From Escherichia coli (GTDB lineage Bacteria > Pseudomonadota > Gammaproteobacteria > Enterobacterales > Enterobacteriaceae), in NCBI GenBank assembly GCA_902500205.1, contig GCA_902500205.1_4868.1: a stretch of DNA of 64,000 nt; one strand, given 5' to 3'. Below are positions 1 through 9,994 of the stretch, in pieces (position 1 is the first letter of the stretch; every line of letters starts with the position of its first letter). Both the position numbers and the translations under genes were made by a program. Below the pieces are notes generated by a model. The model was not told the DNA's origin, made no database searches, and saw only the letters and a list, made by a program, of their open reading frames with translations.

Positions 1-42
1 GTCGGTGGGCTGTTCGACCAACCGCGACCATGGCATCTTTGG

Positions 43-498
43 GTGATGCACCTCACTGAACTCGACACCGGTGAAATTGTAACAGAAACCGCAGTTGCCA
101 CACTTGACGATTATACTTTGGCGGACTTCTGCGAACACGCTGAGGAGTTAGTTAAATCGTTACGCCCTGAACAGGAAGAGGGGAAGTATTTCGGTTATGC
201 ATTTGTGGCTGCACCGAACGAGCGGTACGACTTCAAAGCGGAAGAAGACCAGCTCATTGAAAACTTCATGCATTCTGGACTACTTGATACGTCGTTACAT
301 CTGTCGGAAGAGCAACAGTTCGTTAGTCGTGCAGAAATGGCAAAGTTACTTGTTGGTTATACTCGGAAGTTTGACGTGACCGTTGAACATGTCAAAGAAG
401 TACCAGAGATTGTGAGCAAGAAAGACGAGGTGGTACTTCCGGTTGACGAGGTCGTCGGTAAAGTAGCGACTGCGATAGGGGCAACAGGGGATTACTGA
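43..498 (+). CDS. hypothetical protein (acidic); 5' end may lie upstream of the window
   Basis: ORF from GTG 43/ATG 46; the frame is open back to position 1 so the true start may precede the window; stop overlaps next start (ATGA at 498). Confidence 0.45.
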   Translation: MMHLTELDTGEIVTETAVATLDDYTLADFCEHAEELVKSLRPEQEEGKYFGYAFVAAPNERYDFKAEEDQLIENFMHSGLLDTSLHLSEEQQFVSRAEMAKLLVGYTRKFDVTVEHVKEVPEIVSKKDEVVLPVDEVVGKVATAIGATGDY

Positions 499-707
499 TG
501 AATCTACGTTGGCCGATCGTGGCTGCTGTGTTGTTTTGTATCTATATCGCCATCAGCACCAGTACCCGCACTGCAGAACGTCGCGAGACCGCAACCAGTA
601 CGTTCAGAATGTGTATTGATCGAGTAGACCCGAACAATAGCACTTATCCTGACGCTGTGAACGCGTGTCGCAAAGCGGTTGCTGAGATATTGAAAGAGGA
701 AAAATAA
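498..707 (+). CDS. small protein with hydrophobic N-terminal segment (putative membrane protein)
   Basis: 69-aa ORF, start overlaps upstream stop; N-terminal stretch PIVAAVLFCIYIAIS is TM-like. Confidence 0.4.
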   Translation: MNLRWPIVAAVLFCIYIAISTSTRTAERRETATSTFRMCIDRVDPNNSTYPDAVNACRKAVAEILKEEK

Positions 708-792
708 TGGAAAACCTCACGCCGATTGAGATAGTGGTGCTATTAACCCTAGGTTACATGGATTTGATTTTAACCCCATTAATTATCGAGTG
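706..792 (+). CDS. possible 28-aa hydrophobic micro-protein
   Basis: ATG 706 overlapping the upstream stop, preceded by AGAGGA; peptide MENLTPIEIVVLLTLGYMDLILTPLIIE is almost entirely hydrophobic. Too short to be sure. Confidence 0.2.
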
Positions 793-797
793 AATAA

Positions 798-1283
798 ATG
801 AAACTACAAACCGAGGTTAAGGAAATACCCGCACAAACCGTGGCATCCGCGAGTGGACTGATACTGTCTATACCGTGCGACGAATTTAAAGACTCGGCCC
901 GTCCCGACGAAACGATATCGTTAGCATTACGTCGCGGACACGTTTTCTGTGAATTCGACGCGCCTGTGATTAAACCGTGTCAATCGTTCGGGGAAGTAAA
1001 GGCCGCCATTGATCGGATACGTTGTATTGAACTCGTACGCGTTTGCGGTTATGTATCGAACGTCTGCTATGGCGTTGTCGATGGTTACTTTCAACTCCGC
1101 GGTGAATTCACACCACACGGCCCACTCAAAGCGTTAGCGATTGAAGTGATGCGTGCAGGCACCATCACGATTTCTCCACGTATAGAACTCGATGGATATG
1201 GGAAGATTGTTTGCATCCCATCTTTCGATGTTGTGGCAGAAGAAACCCCACGTTATCAATTTCTACATACGGTGAAACAATGA
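798..1283 (+). CDS. hypothetical protein
   Basis: 161-aa ORF in the plus-strand gene series; stop overlaps the next start. Confidence 0.45.
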   Translation: MKLQTEVKEIPAQTVASASGLILSIPCDEFKDSARPDETISLALRRGHVFCEFDAPVIKPCQSFGEVKAAIDRIRCIELVRVCGYVSNVCYGVVDGYFQLRGEFTPHGPLKALAIEVMRAGTITISPRIELDGYGKIVCIPSFDVVAEETPRYQFLHTVKQ

Positions 1284-2287
1284 CAAAGCTTGTTTCGTTT
1301 TCAGCAGGGTTGGATTCCACCTGGATAATGTATCAGCTGTTGTGCAAAGCACCGGCCAATGAAGCGCGACATGTCCGTCCTGCATATTTCTCCATGTGGA
1401 ATGGAGGTAACGCGAACTTCATGGAAATTCTTTGTAGTGTGGCCATTGTTGAACGGCTAATGGACAGATACCACGCACAAACCGATCGTGTTACATGGGC
1501 GGTGCTCGGGGAAGAGAACTTTCCGCCTGTCGTTAGCGCCGGATACGCTAACGGCTGGTCGCCTCTGGTTCAGCAAGGCAATGTTGTTAACGGCCTCGCT
1601 AAACTGATGTGCGACATTACACGCAAACAGCACCACGCCTATGCAGTTATTGGCTGGAATAAGCTAGATGCGTTGGAGAATAGTCTAGAGCTGGGAGATT
1701 GGACATTAGACGAGTACGCACGCTTAAAGAACCTTTATAGCGAACTGATGTATTTCCAAGATCATGCCGGCCGCGTTCCACCGCTTCTAACACCTGCGTG
1801 GGATAAAGAGAAACTGGAAATGTGGCAGGAGTTGCCGGAAGACATTCGTAGATTGGTGCAGGTCAGTAACTACAACAACTACGAATTCGCGATAGACCGT
1901 GAGAATAACATGCTCATCGTTTATGCCCATCCGTCGGCAAAGTCGCAGAATTATCGTAGTCTTGGTATTACACCGTCTGTGGGATGGGAGATTAAAATTA
2001 ACGATGCTTACAGACGGGTATGGTGCTCTGCTCTCGGTAGTGCTATTTCTGCTATGGGTTTGGACGTACCGACTTTTGCTAACTTTAAGGACCCGAAAAG
2101 AAATCACACAACCTTTACGGTAACTGAAGATACTGAAAGACTATTTATCACGTCATTTACAGCAGAAGAGTGGTGCGAATATGCACCGCATTTTAAAGCG
2201 CTTCAGGAGAAAGAAAAAGAGAGAGCGAATAATGCCAAAGCAAGTAAAGCTGTGGACGCTCCAACTGGCGAAGTGGCGGATAGCTGA
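1280..2287 (+). CDS. PP-loop (adenine nucleotide alpha-hydrolase)-like protein
   Basis: Start moved to in-frame ATG 1280 (MTKLVSF..) overlapping the upstream stop; N-terminal SFSAGLDST resembles the SGGxDS PP-loop of PAPS-reductase/QueC-type ATP pyrophosphatases. Confidence 0.45.
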   Translation: MTKLVSFSAGLDSTWIMYQLLCKAPANEARHVRPAYFSMWNGGNANFMEILCSVAIVERLMDRYHAQTDRVTWAVLGEENFPPVVSAGYANGWSPLVQQGNVVNGLAKLMCDITRKQHHAYAVIGWNKLDALENSLELGDWTLDEYARLKNLYSELMYFQDHAGRVPPLLTPAWDKEKLEMWQELPEDIRRLVQVSNYNNYEFAIDRENNMLIVYAHPSAKSQNYRSLGITPSVGWEIKINDAYRRVWCSALGSAISAMGLDVPTFANFKDPKRNHTTFTVTEDTERLFITSFTAEEWCEYAPHFKALQEKEKERANNAKASKAVDAPTGEVADS

Positions 2288-2615
2288 AAAACGGAATTTG
2301 CCAAAGCTGGATATAACGGTTAAGTCGGGGCTGAAATATTTGGCACCCGACTGGGACTTTCTGATGGACTACAAGAAGTCTGACAAAGGCCCCGACGCAG
2401 AAGCTGCGTATACCAAACGCTACCTGCAGAAACTTAGTCGGTTGTTTGATGAAGACACTGATAAGTTGATAGAGATTCTCCGCCAGGGCGAGGTCGTACT
2501 AATGTGCTATTGCCCACCGGGGAAATTCTGTCATCGCCACTTGCTAGTTTCTTACCTTATTGAAATCGGTGAGTGGTTCGGTTATGAAGTAATTTACATG
2601 GGCGAGTTATCGTAA
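2232..2615 (+). CDS. hypothetical protein with CxC...CH motif (DUF4326-like?)
   Basis: In-frame ATG 2232 chosen to limit overlap; motif LMCYCPPGKFCHRHLL recalls the conserved Cys/His signature of a small phage/bacterial family, from memory only. Confidence 0.35.
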   Translation: MPKQVKLWTLQLAKWRIAEKRNLPKLDITVKSGLKYLAPDWDFLMDYKKSDKGPDAEAAYTKRYLQKLSRLFDEDTDKLIEILRQGEVVLMCYCPPGKFCHRHLLVSYLIEIGEWFGYEVIYMGELS

Positions 2616-2626
2616 GGAGAGTCATC

Positions 2627-3022
2627 GTGAAATTGATTATGCCTAAAACCGTTCCCAATCAGGATATGGTTACGACTACACTGTTTTCTGAATCATTACG
2701 CAACTCTGTACGTCAGACCGCTTCACGTCTAGACGTGGCAGTTGAAGAACTCGACCCTGAAGTCTTCATGAAGTATGCGTTTATTGCAGAAGGTTACGCG
2801 ATCGCCCTGAGTTATGCGCGGTATGTCGATGACGTGACAGAAGCTAAACGTTATTTAGAAGGCTGTTGTCAAGTTTTCCGTGAAGAAATCACCGAGATGG
2901 AGATGGTTGACCGTGGCTTACCTGAATTTGTAAAGGTGGGTTACGATAAGCTGTTGCAATCCATCGCGGATGAGATCAAACGTCGCGGGTTAACTGTGGT
3001 GCACAGCGCTACACTACACTAA
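2627..3022 (+). CDS. hypothetical protein
   Basis: GTG start 5 nt after AAGGAGAG; followed by a strong terminator. Confidence 0.55.
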   Translation: MKLIMPKTVPNQDMVTTTLFSESLRNSVRQTASRLDVAVEELDPEVFMKYAFIAEGYAIALSYARYVDDVTEAKRYLEGCCQVFREEITEMEMVDRGLPEFVKVGYDKLLQSIADEIKRRGLTVVHSATLH

Positions 3023-3036
3023 CGGCGTACGAGTAG

Positions 3037-3077
3037 GCTACCACACGATCATATGTGTGGTAGCTTATTTTTTTTTG
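3037..3077 (+). terminator. intrinsic terminator
   Basis: 10-bp stem GCTACCACAC / GTGTGGTAGC with 8-nt loop followed by TTATTTTTTTTTG. Confidence 0.7.
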
Positions 3078-3092
3078 TTTCTGGAGGCGTTA

Positions 3093-3626
3093 ATGGCAGA
3101 CCGCTATCAGCCCGACCTAACACTCTCGTCGAAAGCGCTTGTCGTGGCGTTGATTAATCACGATAACGGCTTGTCATTATCGCCTGACGAGATTGTGATA
3201 AGCGGAGTAGGGCCAATCGACTTAGGTGTTGAAAGTGCCCGTACCTCGCAAGCGTACATTGCGAAAGCACGTAAACCTAACGGCAAGAAGGTTACCGTCT
3301 ATTACGACCGTCTAGTCGCTAATAAGATTATCGACCCGCAAGGACCGATACTGGTTACTGTAGCTCCCGGCGACACCTATGCTGATTTAGCGACAGTTGT
3401 AAACCAGTTATGCGGTTTAAACTTGTCACGTGAAGACATCTCGACAGGGGTTATTACACCAACAAACGAGCCGTTGATTGCAGCGATGAGTGACGATTCA
3501 CCGGCTTGGACGGCTACCTTTACATTCACGGCGTTTAATGAAAAAGAAGCTGTGGCAAGTCTGGATGAAGAAACTGTTTTATGCATCGGTGATGATGCAG
3601 TGTTAACCTACGGAGACGATGCATAA
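3093..3626 (+). CDS. hypothetical protein
   Basis: ATG 3093 five nt after GGAGG; the longer ORF-track start (3057) lies inside the terminator hairpin. Confidence 0.55.
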   Translation: MADRYQPDLTLSSKALVVALINHDNGLSLSPDEIVISGVGPIDLGVESARTSQAYIAKARKPNGKKVTVYYDRLVANKIIDPQGPILVTVAPGDTYADLATVVNQLCGLNLSREDISTGVITPTNEPLIAAMSDDSPAWTATFTFTAFNEKEAVASLDEETVLCIGDDAVLTYGDDA

Positions 3627-4096
3627 TGGCAACTGTAGTCAAAAAGAAACGTTTGCATGAACTCGATTCTTACGACGGTGATAAGTCGAGCGCAGTAGCG
3701 CTTATTAGCGTTGATGAAAAGGAGTACAAACTTCCTCTCAGTGAAATCGGCGGCGGGGCAGATGCAAACCCTATCCAAAACTTATCCGGTGCTGACGGTA
3801 TCGTTGAAATAGATCCCAATATTGCGGACGACTTCATTATCCGTTTAGGTGACCCCACCACTGCGCTTTCTATCACACCTATTACCGACCCGGTTCCGGG
3901 TACGCGATATGAATTATTACTGACGCTACGTCAGGGTACCGGTGCAAACAAAATCACCTGGCCGGCTTCGGTTAAATGGCCTAACGGTGCAGAACCTCCG
4001 TTATCGTACACGCTAGACGCCGAGGATGTGTTGTCTTTGTCATCTACGGATGGCGGTACAACCTGGAAAGGGGCCATTTGCGGAACAGGATACTAA
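3626..4096 (+). CDS. hypothetical protein
   Basis: 156-aa ORF, start overlaps upstream stop. Confidence 0.5.
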   Translation: MATVVKKKRLHELDSYDGDKSSAVALISVDEKEYKLPLSEIGGGADANPIQNLSGADGIVEIDPNIADDFIIRLGDPTTALSITPITDPVPGTRYELLLTLRQGTGANKITWPASVKWPNGAEPPLSYTLDAEDVLSLSSTDGGTTWKGAICGTGY

Positions 4097-4099
4097 GCC

Positions 4100-7000
4100 A
4101 TGCGCAAATTTAAAATCTCTGCTAAACGACATGCGTTGAACTATGCGATGTCGCTGGCTTACGGACATCAGGACTTTGTTCGCCGCAATACCGGTCTCAC
4201 AAATGACGCCCACAAAGACCATTATCTGATTAACCCAGAAGGGGTGCTATCTAATAACCGGCATTTCATTGCTGACTCCATGGCAGTGTATCAACCTAAT
4301 GGTGACGCCACCACAGAAGGTCAATCGTTGCTGATTATTGGTTACTGTCACATGTACATTGCTACCAAAAACCGGATGTGGTTAGATGCGGCGATTCGTG
4401 CATGGGAAGCGTACGCTACCTACTATTACGCAGGTCAGGCCATTCCTGAGTCACCGCAACGTTGGATTTGTAACTGGCTAGTTAACGGTAAAGAACCGGT
4501 GCTGGCAGACTATCCGGTGCATCCGACCGAGCCAACCCACGGTGGTTACAAGTGTGTACCGGTAACGTTTACGAACGGGCGTTGTCAGATACCCCAAGGC
4601 GCACCGTTCTTTGGTGAGTATCTGAACAATTTCTTTTCTGCGCATCGTGGCCATCCTACCTGGGGCGCGGTTAATGCTGACGTACAGAAAATTAAGGAAT
4701 CGGAAGACGGGTTAATTGACTGGTCTAAAGTCCCTGATTACTTAATCACCAATCCAGAGAAACCTTACGATGTAAAAGCGTGGGTAGACTGGAACAGGAT
4801 GTTAAACGACCCAACCGGATATACCCCAATATGGGGTGGTTCTACCTCGAAAGGTCCGCGGTACGAACCCGACTGGTTTGTTGTGTGGACGGGTGAGAAG
4901 GTTCAAGACGGCGAAGTCATCGAATCTGGTTTACCTGATGCCCAGAAAGGAACCGTACAATTAAAGGACACCAGTATTAACGGTGTGTATTTGATTAACT
5001 ACGCATCCCAGGTACCTGTAGAACACGGCGGGTATTTGTTTGGCCGCAATGAGCCGTGGCACAACCGTCCAGTTCATACCCCGTTAAAAGGGTCTGTTAA
5101 CCAGATGGGTAACGCGGCAGATGCGGAAGTGTGGTTTATTGATGCCTGTTATCTGCTCTGGCGTATCACAGGTGAACCGCGCTATAAAGCCGCACTAGAC
5201 TCTGTGTTCTATACAGCGCATGAATACACGTATATCGATGCGAAGGACAAGTTTTTCCGACGTTCTAAGCTAGCCGAAACGCCATTTACAGATGGTATCT
5301 CGTACGACTATAAATACCCCAGCACCGTTGAGGTCGCTTACAGTCGTGATGAAAATGGTGATATTGTGTTCCGTTCTGAGAAAGCTGTGCAGAACTTTAT
5401 GGAACAGCAAGCCGTGCGTTTCAGGATAAACAGTCAATCGAAGTTACGTGTGACGTATGGCGGTGTTTGCGACAACGGTGATGCGCTTGCGTGTAAAGTG
5501 ATGGTGGATATCAACCCCGTTAAAGCGGATACTGAAGAAGTAAACTGGTACGGCTGTACGCTTCCAGGATCAACGTCGATGGAAGTAAAACAGCATGACA
5601 TCGGTTTAGGGCATCTGGCCAGAATGACTAATCCGGTCAACGGTGAAGATTACATCATTGCCGATGCGCGAGCATGTTCAGATTACGGTGGGTGTACGTG
5701 GCAGGAGAAGTTTGAGAGTAACATCTACGATGGTCGTTCAGGCACAATCGTAGAAGCGTTATTCCCGAACGACGATGCGGGCTTCATTATCGGTTTCTGG
5801 TTAACCGATGCTGGAGTTGCGCCCCCACAGTCAATTGTCTATCGTGCTGATGCCGATTTCAACTTCCGTTTCGAAGATACCAACAAGTGGCGTTGGTGGT
5901 GGATGTTGCCCGCGACTAACGGGGAATGGAAACAGGTTATTATTCGCCCTGAAGACGCAACACTCTCGGGCTATCAACCTGACCACGATACCGATGTCGA
6001 AACAAAACCGTCTGCGCCAAACTACACAACTATCGATCAGGTAACCATACTGCCCGATTCGGCTGTGGAGAATGCGCACTTTAGCTGGTATTGCGTAAAC
6101 GATGTTCCGCCACTGTTTAATGCAGATGATGGCTGGACATTAACGTTTCGCATCGCAATTCGGGGAGGTTCTGCATTTACGGGTAAAGTGGGCGATTGTA
6201 CGATAAAAGATTACCGTCTTGACTCGCTCGCGTATTGTCCAGGAACGATACCGTTCTCGAACATTTATTCGGAAGGAACGTATCAGCTAGGTGCATGGCA
6301 CGGGATGCCGTATCCTGGCTATCAGTATCCGTTTATGTACACCATACACACCGATGATCGCTACAAAGTCTGGCTCTTAAATCAGATTCGGTTTATGCAC
6401 GATTCACAAACCAACTACCAGGCGCAGTTAGGTGAGTTGGGTCCAGGTTGTGCGGCGTATATTTGGAACCGTTGGGATAACTACACTTACGGACCGGTAG
6501 ATACGTGGACAACGTTCCATTGGGGAGATGGACATCCGTGGGCAGGTTATCAGCCACGCGCGTATAACGCCGCTGCGCGTTGTTGGTACGAATTAGTTGT
6601 GCGTGGTAAAGAGGTTCCACCAGAGCTAGTAGAGTACGTTGAAAATTGGGCTAAGTGGCTCGTAGGGTTCTTAGACCGCTTTGACAACCACACTCCGAAT
6701 GAATTCCCTACGGCACCAAATAAACCGGTATGGGTAGAGAATGATTTCACAGCACATATGTGTGCGCTCTGGATAGCAGGCAGCGCTTATGCGGCAATGG
6801 CTGGCTGTACAGTGGAAGGGTTGAGCCGTATTATGGATATGGGGATGAAGGAGATGGGTGACAACTTCACCGTCACCGACATTCCAGGAAAAGCCATTAA
6901 CGGTGCCTGGTCTCCGTGGGCAAACCCTACTACGGATAACGGTCAGGCTTTTGGGTTTTATACTGGAGAAGCGATGCGTGCAATCGGGTTGTATCTCCTC

Positions 7001-7117
7001 TATAAAGAACACGGCCCAGGACATGATATTTATCGTGACTTGGCAATACCCGACCACACAACAGCTTCACTCGATATAACGTTTACTATCCCAGACGATC
7101 CGCTCGAAACTAATTAA
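4100..7117 (+). CDS. large hypothetical protein (1005 aa), Trp/Tyr/Gly-rich; possibly virion-associated or carbohydrate-active
   Basis: Uninterrupted 3-kb ORF tightly coupled to upstream gene; no motif I can name with confidence. Confidence 0.65.
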   Translation: MRKFKISAKRHALNYAMSLAYGHQDFVRRNTGLTNDAHKDHYLINPEGVLSNNRHFIADSMAVYQPNGDATTEGQSLLIIGYCHMYIATKNRMWLDAAIRAWEAYATYYYAGQAIPESPQRWICNWLVNGKEPVLADYPVHPTEPTHGGYKCVPVTFTNGRCQIPQGAPFFGEYLNNFFSAHRGHPTWGAVNADVQKIKESEDGLIDWSKVPDYLITNPEKPYDVKAWVDWNRMLNDPTGYTPIWGGSTSKGPRYEPDWFVVWTGEKVQDGEVIESGLPDAQKGTVQLKDTSINGVYLINYASQVPVEHGGYLFGRNEPWHNRPVHTPLKGSVNQMGNAADAEVWFIDACYLLWRITGEPRYKAALDSVFYTAHEYTYIDAKDKFFRRSKLAETPFTDGISYDYKYPSTVEVAYSRDENGDIVFRSEKAVQNFMEQQAVRFRINSQSKLRVTYGGVCDNGDALACKVMVDINPVKADTEEVNWYGCTLPGSTSMEVKQHDIGLGHLARMTNPVNGEDYIIADARACSDYGGCTWQEKFESNIYDGRSGTIVEALFPNDDAGFIIGFWLTDAGVAPPQSIVYRADADFNFRFEDTNKWRWWWMLPATNGEWKQVIIRPEDATLSGYQPDHDTDVETKPSAPNYTTIDQVTILPDSAVENAHFSWYCVNDVPPLFNADDGWTLTFRIAIRGGSAFTGKVGDCTIKDYRLDSLAYCPGTIPFSNIYSEGTYQLGAWHGMPYPGYQYPFMYTIHTDDRYKVWLLNQIRFMHDSQTNYQAQLGELGPGCAAYIWNRWDNYTYGPVDTWTTFHWGDGHPWAGYQPRAYNAAARCWYELVVRGKEVPPELVEYVENWAKWLVGFLDRFDNHTPNEFPTAPNKPVWVENDFTAHMCALWIAGSAYAAMAGCTVEGLSRIMDMGMKEMGDNFTVTDIPGKAINGAWSPWANPTTDNGQAFGFYTGEAMRAIGLYLLYKEHGPGHDIYRDLAIPDHTTASLDITFTIPDDPLETN

Positions 7118-7122
7118 GTGTA

Positions 7123-7160
7123 TACCAGCCACCCCGAAGGATGGCTGGTACGCTTTATTT
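7123..7160 (+). terminator. intrinsic terminator
   Basis: TACCAGCCACCC-CGAA-GGATGGCTGGTA hairpin followed by CGCTTTATTTTATTT. Confidence 0.6.
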
Positions 7161-7162
7161 TA

Positions 7163-7190
7163 TTTCAGATAGATGTTATCTCAGTGAACC
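7163..7190 (+). promoter_or_regulatory. conserved intergenic motif, copy C (TTTCAGATAGATGTTATCTCAGTGAACC)
   Basis: One of five related ~30-nt motifs, all on the plus strand just upstream of plus-strand genes; contains AGATA...TATCT dyad. Confidence 0.35.
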
Positions 7191-7244
7191 TCTGAAATTT
7201 ACGTTTCAATCAGAGCTTATGTCATGTATTAAGGAGCAATTAAA

Positions 7245-7577
7245 ATGTCCAAAGTCTATCACATTGCGGTATTGCGTCAGGCAACTGACCTTGAAGGCGA
7301 CGGTGAACTTCGAATGCAGGAAGCCATTCTGAGCACCGTTAAAGAACTTAACCAAGCAAACAATTTCGATGCACGCTTCGAGGCGCTGCCTGTAAGCCGT
7401 AACGCTTTCTACGGCAGTCAAATCCTGGCAACCCAGTTTGCGATGGCTTTAAGTGACTTGCGCAATAACCCTAGTCCTGAAACCGCGACGAAGATGAACA
7501 AACTGTCGTTATGGATGAATAACCTGGACGTCCCCGCAGCATCCACTGTAAGTGGTTTGGGGGTGGTTAATGGGTAG
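7245..7577 (+). CDS. hypothetical protein
   Basis: ATG preceded by TAAGGAGCAATTAAA; 110 aa. Confidence 0.6.
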   Translation: MSKVYHIAVLRQATDLEGDGELRMQEAILSTVKELNQANNFDARFEALPVSRNAFYGSQILATQFAMALSDLRNNPSPETATKMNKLSLWMNNLDVPAASTVSGLGVVNG

Positions 7578-7905
7578 AGTAATCCGTGTTGCCAGACCAA
7601 TGCGTCTCAATAGGACGCTGATGATAAATCGTGATATCAGTGAAGCTGTAAAACAGTTGTCGAATATCGACGGTTACACCTTTAAAGTGATAACACTGTA
7701 CGACTACCCAGAAGGCAAAGTTCCGCAAGAGGCGCTGGATAAATTCGTTAATGTATTAGACGATTGCCTTAAGAGCCCAACGGACGTAAATCTTATCAAA
7801 CTAAACACCATGTCCCTTGCGCTGTACCGGCTGCGTAAAATGGGCATTCATGCTCGCATCGGTAAAGGCGACCAAACGTTAGCCGAATACTGGGCTAAAC
7901 AGTAA
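7570..7905 (+). CDS. hypothetical protein
   Basis: In-frame ATG 7570 (MGRVIRV..) overlapping upstream stop by 8 nt. Confidence 0.5.
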   Translation: MGRVIRVARPMRLNRTLMINRDISEAVKQLSNIDGYTFKVITLYDYPEGKVPQEALDKFVNVLDDCLKSPTDVNLIKLNTMSLALYRLRKMGIHARIGKGDQTLAEYWAKQ

Positions 7906-7932
7906 GCTATTTTAAATCCTAAGGAGCATTAA

Positions 7933-8451
7933 GTGAATATTATCATGAACCTGTATACCAAACGGGAACGTAACGTTTTAGAATCTGGCGTTGCCCCGGA
8001 AGTATTGGCTGCGGGGGATATTAGTATCGACCCATTGAAAGTGAAAGTCGCAGAACTGTTCCCTCGCGACGAATGGGACATCTGGTATTTCCGTTGTTCG
8101 TCGGTATTAAATGCAATCAAGCAACTGTCTGATTATCAGCCTGGTCCGTATATCGGTACCTGGCACTGGTACGTTCCACGCACACCAAACTTCCTCTACT
8201 TACACGATGACGATAAACGTACCCATATTCGCACTGTAGCGACGCCTGCGCGTTTGGAGCGTTATCTGGAGCTAATCCACGACCGGCCTCGTAACGAGCT
8301 GCAGAGCATCGTAGAGGTGCTCAGACAGGTACCTTTAGACGGTATACTGGAACTGGACATGAAAATCGCCGATCGTCCGAGACATTACTGGGAATTTTCC
8401 TGGGTAGACGCGAAGTACGAAAACCATAACGTTATCTATCTGAAGCGTTAA
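7933..8451 (+). CDS. hypothetical protein
   Basis: GTG start 6 nt after AAGGAG. Confidence 0.55.
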   Translation: MNIIMNLYTKRERNVLESGVAPEVLAAGDISIDPLKVKVAELFPRDEWDIWYFRCSSVLNAIKQLSDYQPGPYIGTWHWYVPRTPNFLYLHDDDKRTHIRTVATPARLERYLELIHDRPRNELQSIVEVLRQVPLDGILELDMKIADRPRHYWEFSWVDAKYENHNVIYLKR

Positions 8452-8461
8452 GGGGGACAGG

Positions 8462-8782
8462 ATGTTGAACTGGTTACTGGCGCTGATTAACAAGCGACAA
8501 AAACAACTGTACGAAGAAAACCGAGAATTAGCTGCCGCTAACCGTCGTGTACAGGCCGATAACTTGCAGTTAAGACACGACCTCGCGGAACTGGGCGTTA
8601 ATGCGAGTAGGCTCTGCACGCACATAAGTCGCTGTCACGACATTATCGAACGTATTGGACACTACCATCTTACGTCTCCTGCGCGTCGCGTCTATGACGC
8701 GGCCGTCCAGGGATTGAAAGATACCAGGAATGTGTACGACGAGATGTTAGAAGAGTTTAGCAAACGTGAGGATAAATACTAA
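8462..8782 (+). CDS. hypothetical protein (predicted coiled coil)
   Basis: 106-aa ORF with heptad-like Leu/Ala/Arg repeats. Confidence 0.5.
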   Translation: MLNWLLALINKRQKQLYEENRELAAANRRVQADNLQLRHDLAELGVNASRLCTHISRCHDIIERIGHYHLTSPARRVYDAAVQGLKDTRNVYDEMLEEFSKREDKY

Positions 8783-9165
8783 TGGAAATGCCAACGAACA
8801 CCGACTTAGCACTGGCAATCGAACACATGAAAAACCATCAGCTGACGTTACTGAATGCAAGCACAGAAGGGCAACGTCAAGGGTATGCGCTCGTTGCAAA
8901 AGCAGCGTTAGAACTTAACAAGATTCTACTCGCTAAACTTTACGGGCTGGAAAACAGCGTGCTCCATGCGTCGCACCTGGGCGAAGCCAGCGAGTTAGTT
9001 ACGAATGTGCGGCTGTATGCAAGTCGTGAAATGGAACGTTTAACCAACGAATGGAATGTCCAGTGTAACGGCGAGCGTGCTGATAAAGATCCGCGTAAAG
9101 TCGCACTGACGCCGGGCGTGTACATCAAAGACGGCACCATTGACGAATACAGCGGATTTAACTGA
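8782..9165 (+). CDS. hypothetical protein
   Basis: Start overlaps upstream stop; 127 aa. Confidence 0.5.
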   Translation: MEMPTNTDLALAIEHMKNHQLTLLNASTEGQRQGYALVAKAALELNKILLAKLYGLENSVLHASHLGEASELVTNVRLYASREMERLTNEWNVQCNGERADKDPRKVALTPGVYIKDGTIDEYSGFN

Positions 9166-9188
9166 TCGGCGGATAAGGGTGATTGTGA

Positions 9189-9614
9189 ATGGTAACCATA
9201 GACGTAGCTATCTCTATCGAGCTTCAACGCATCGGTGTAGGTACACTAAAACTTCGTTATCGTGATTTACCGCATTACAACAAGATGTTTGATGTTGGGG
9301 TGATAAAGTTTTATAACCGGTACGGGCCAAGAGAACTATGTCTATGGTTTGTCGAGTTAGCGATAACTTATGGCGAGTTTTATCATCCTAATGTACCGCA
9401 TGTCGAACATGTGTCAAGAGGGCACCTGGAAACTTCCAGAGAGTTCTATCAGCGATTGTATGGCGCGATGGAGGAGTCCGCACCCATCGACTACGACGTA
9501 CCACCTGAACTGTTATTAATCGACCATGAAGGAGAAGCCGGTGTCTATTTCATTACAGGGACTGACTATTCACGAGATTCAGAAATATTTACTCGAGGGC
9601 GGGAAACTGACTGA
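9189..9614 (+). CDS. hypothetical protein
   Basis: 141-aa ORF. Confidence 0.5.
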   Translation: MVTIDVAISIELQRIGVGTLKLRYRDLPHYNKMFDVGVIKFYNRYGPRELCLWFVELAITYGEFYHPNVPHVEHVSRGHLETSREFYQRLYGAMEESAPIDYDVPPELLLIDHEGEAGVYFITGTDYSRDSEIFTRGRETD

Positions 9615-9846
9615 CGACTATCAAACCGCAGATATGTTGCTACAGTCATTTGTACCGTTACGTGCTGAGTATTACGAAATCGCGTTCCTGGGCGATGAAT
9701 ATTGTGTCCGCACGCAAGGGCGTGAATACGAAGCAGTTCGCGTACCACGAACACTCGGCGGGGTGATGATACTTATCGCTAATATCGAAGCACTCAATGC
9801 GAAATGTGCGTTATACATCGCACAAGGAGGTCGCAATGGATTTTAA
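9541..9846 (+). CDS. hypothetical protein
   Basis: GTG 9541 shortly after AAGGAGAA; a longer in-frame start (9526) would overlap the upstream gene more. Confidence 0.35.
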   Translation: MSISLQGLTIHEIQKYLLEGGKLTDDYQTADMLLQSFVPLRAEYYEIAFLGDEYCVRTQGREYEAVRVPRTLGGVMILIANIEALNAKCALYIAQGGRNGF

Positions 9847-9994
9847 GTGGGAACCGTTAACGTTAGCAGAAATTCGTAACAGAATCGATAGAGCTATTGC
9901 AAGGAGAAAACATGTTCGGCCTGTTTCAGGAGAAAAAACAGTTGCGTCGCCAATTAGAAATACTGGAATTGGAACTCAGCCTATCAAAGACTGA
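9836..9994 (+). CDS. possible small protein (52 aa)
   Basis: ATG 9836 five nt after AAGGAGG, but overlaps the next, better-supported gene in another frame. Confidence 0.25.
   Translation: MDFKWEPLTLAEIRNRIDRAIARRKHVRPVSGEKTVASPIRNTGIGTQPIKD

Noticed and set aside
1211-2287. Longer 5' extensions offered by the ORF track (1211, 2181, 3057, 7552, 16609, 25074, 29654, 36569, 39799, 45039, 59357, 60401, 61831 starts)
   Set aside because: Each extension overlaps the upstream gene or a terminator hairpin and lacks an RBS, while an internal in-frame ATG or GTG with a Shine-Dalgarno gives a tidier gene; the shorter starts were used.
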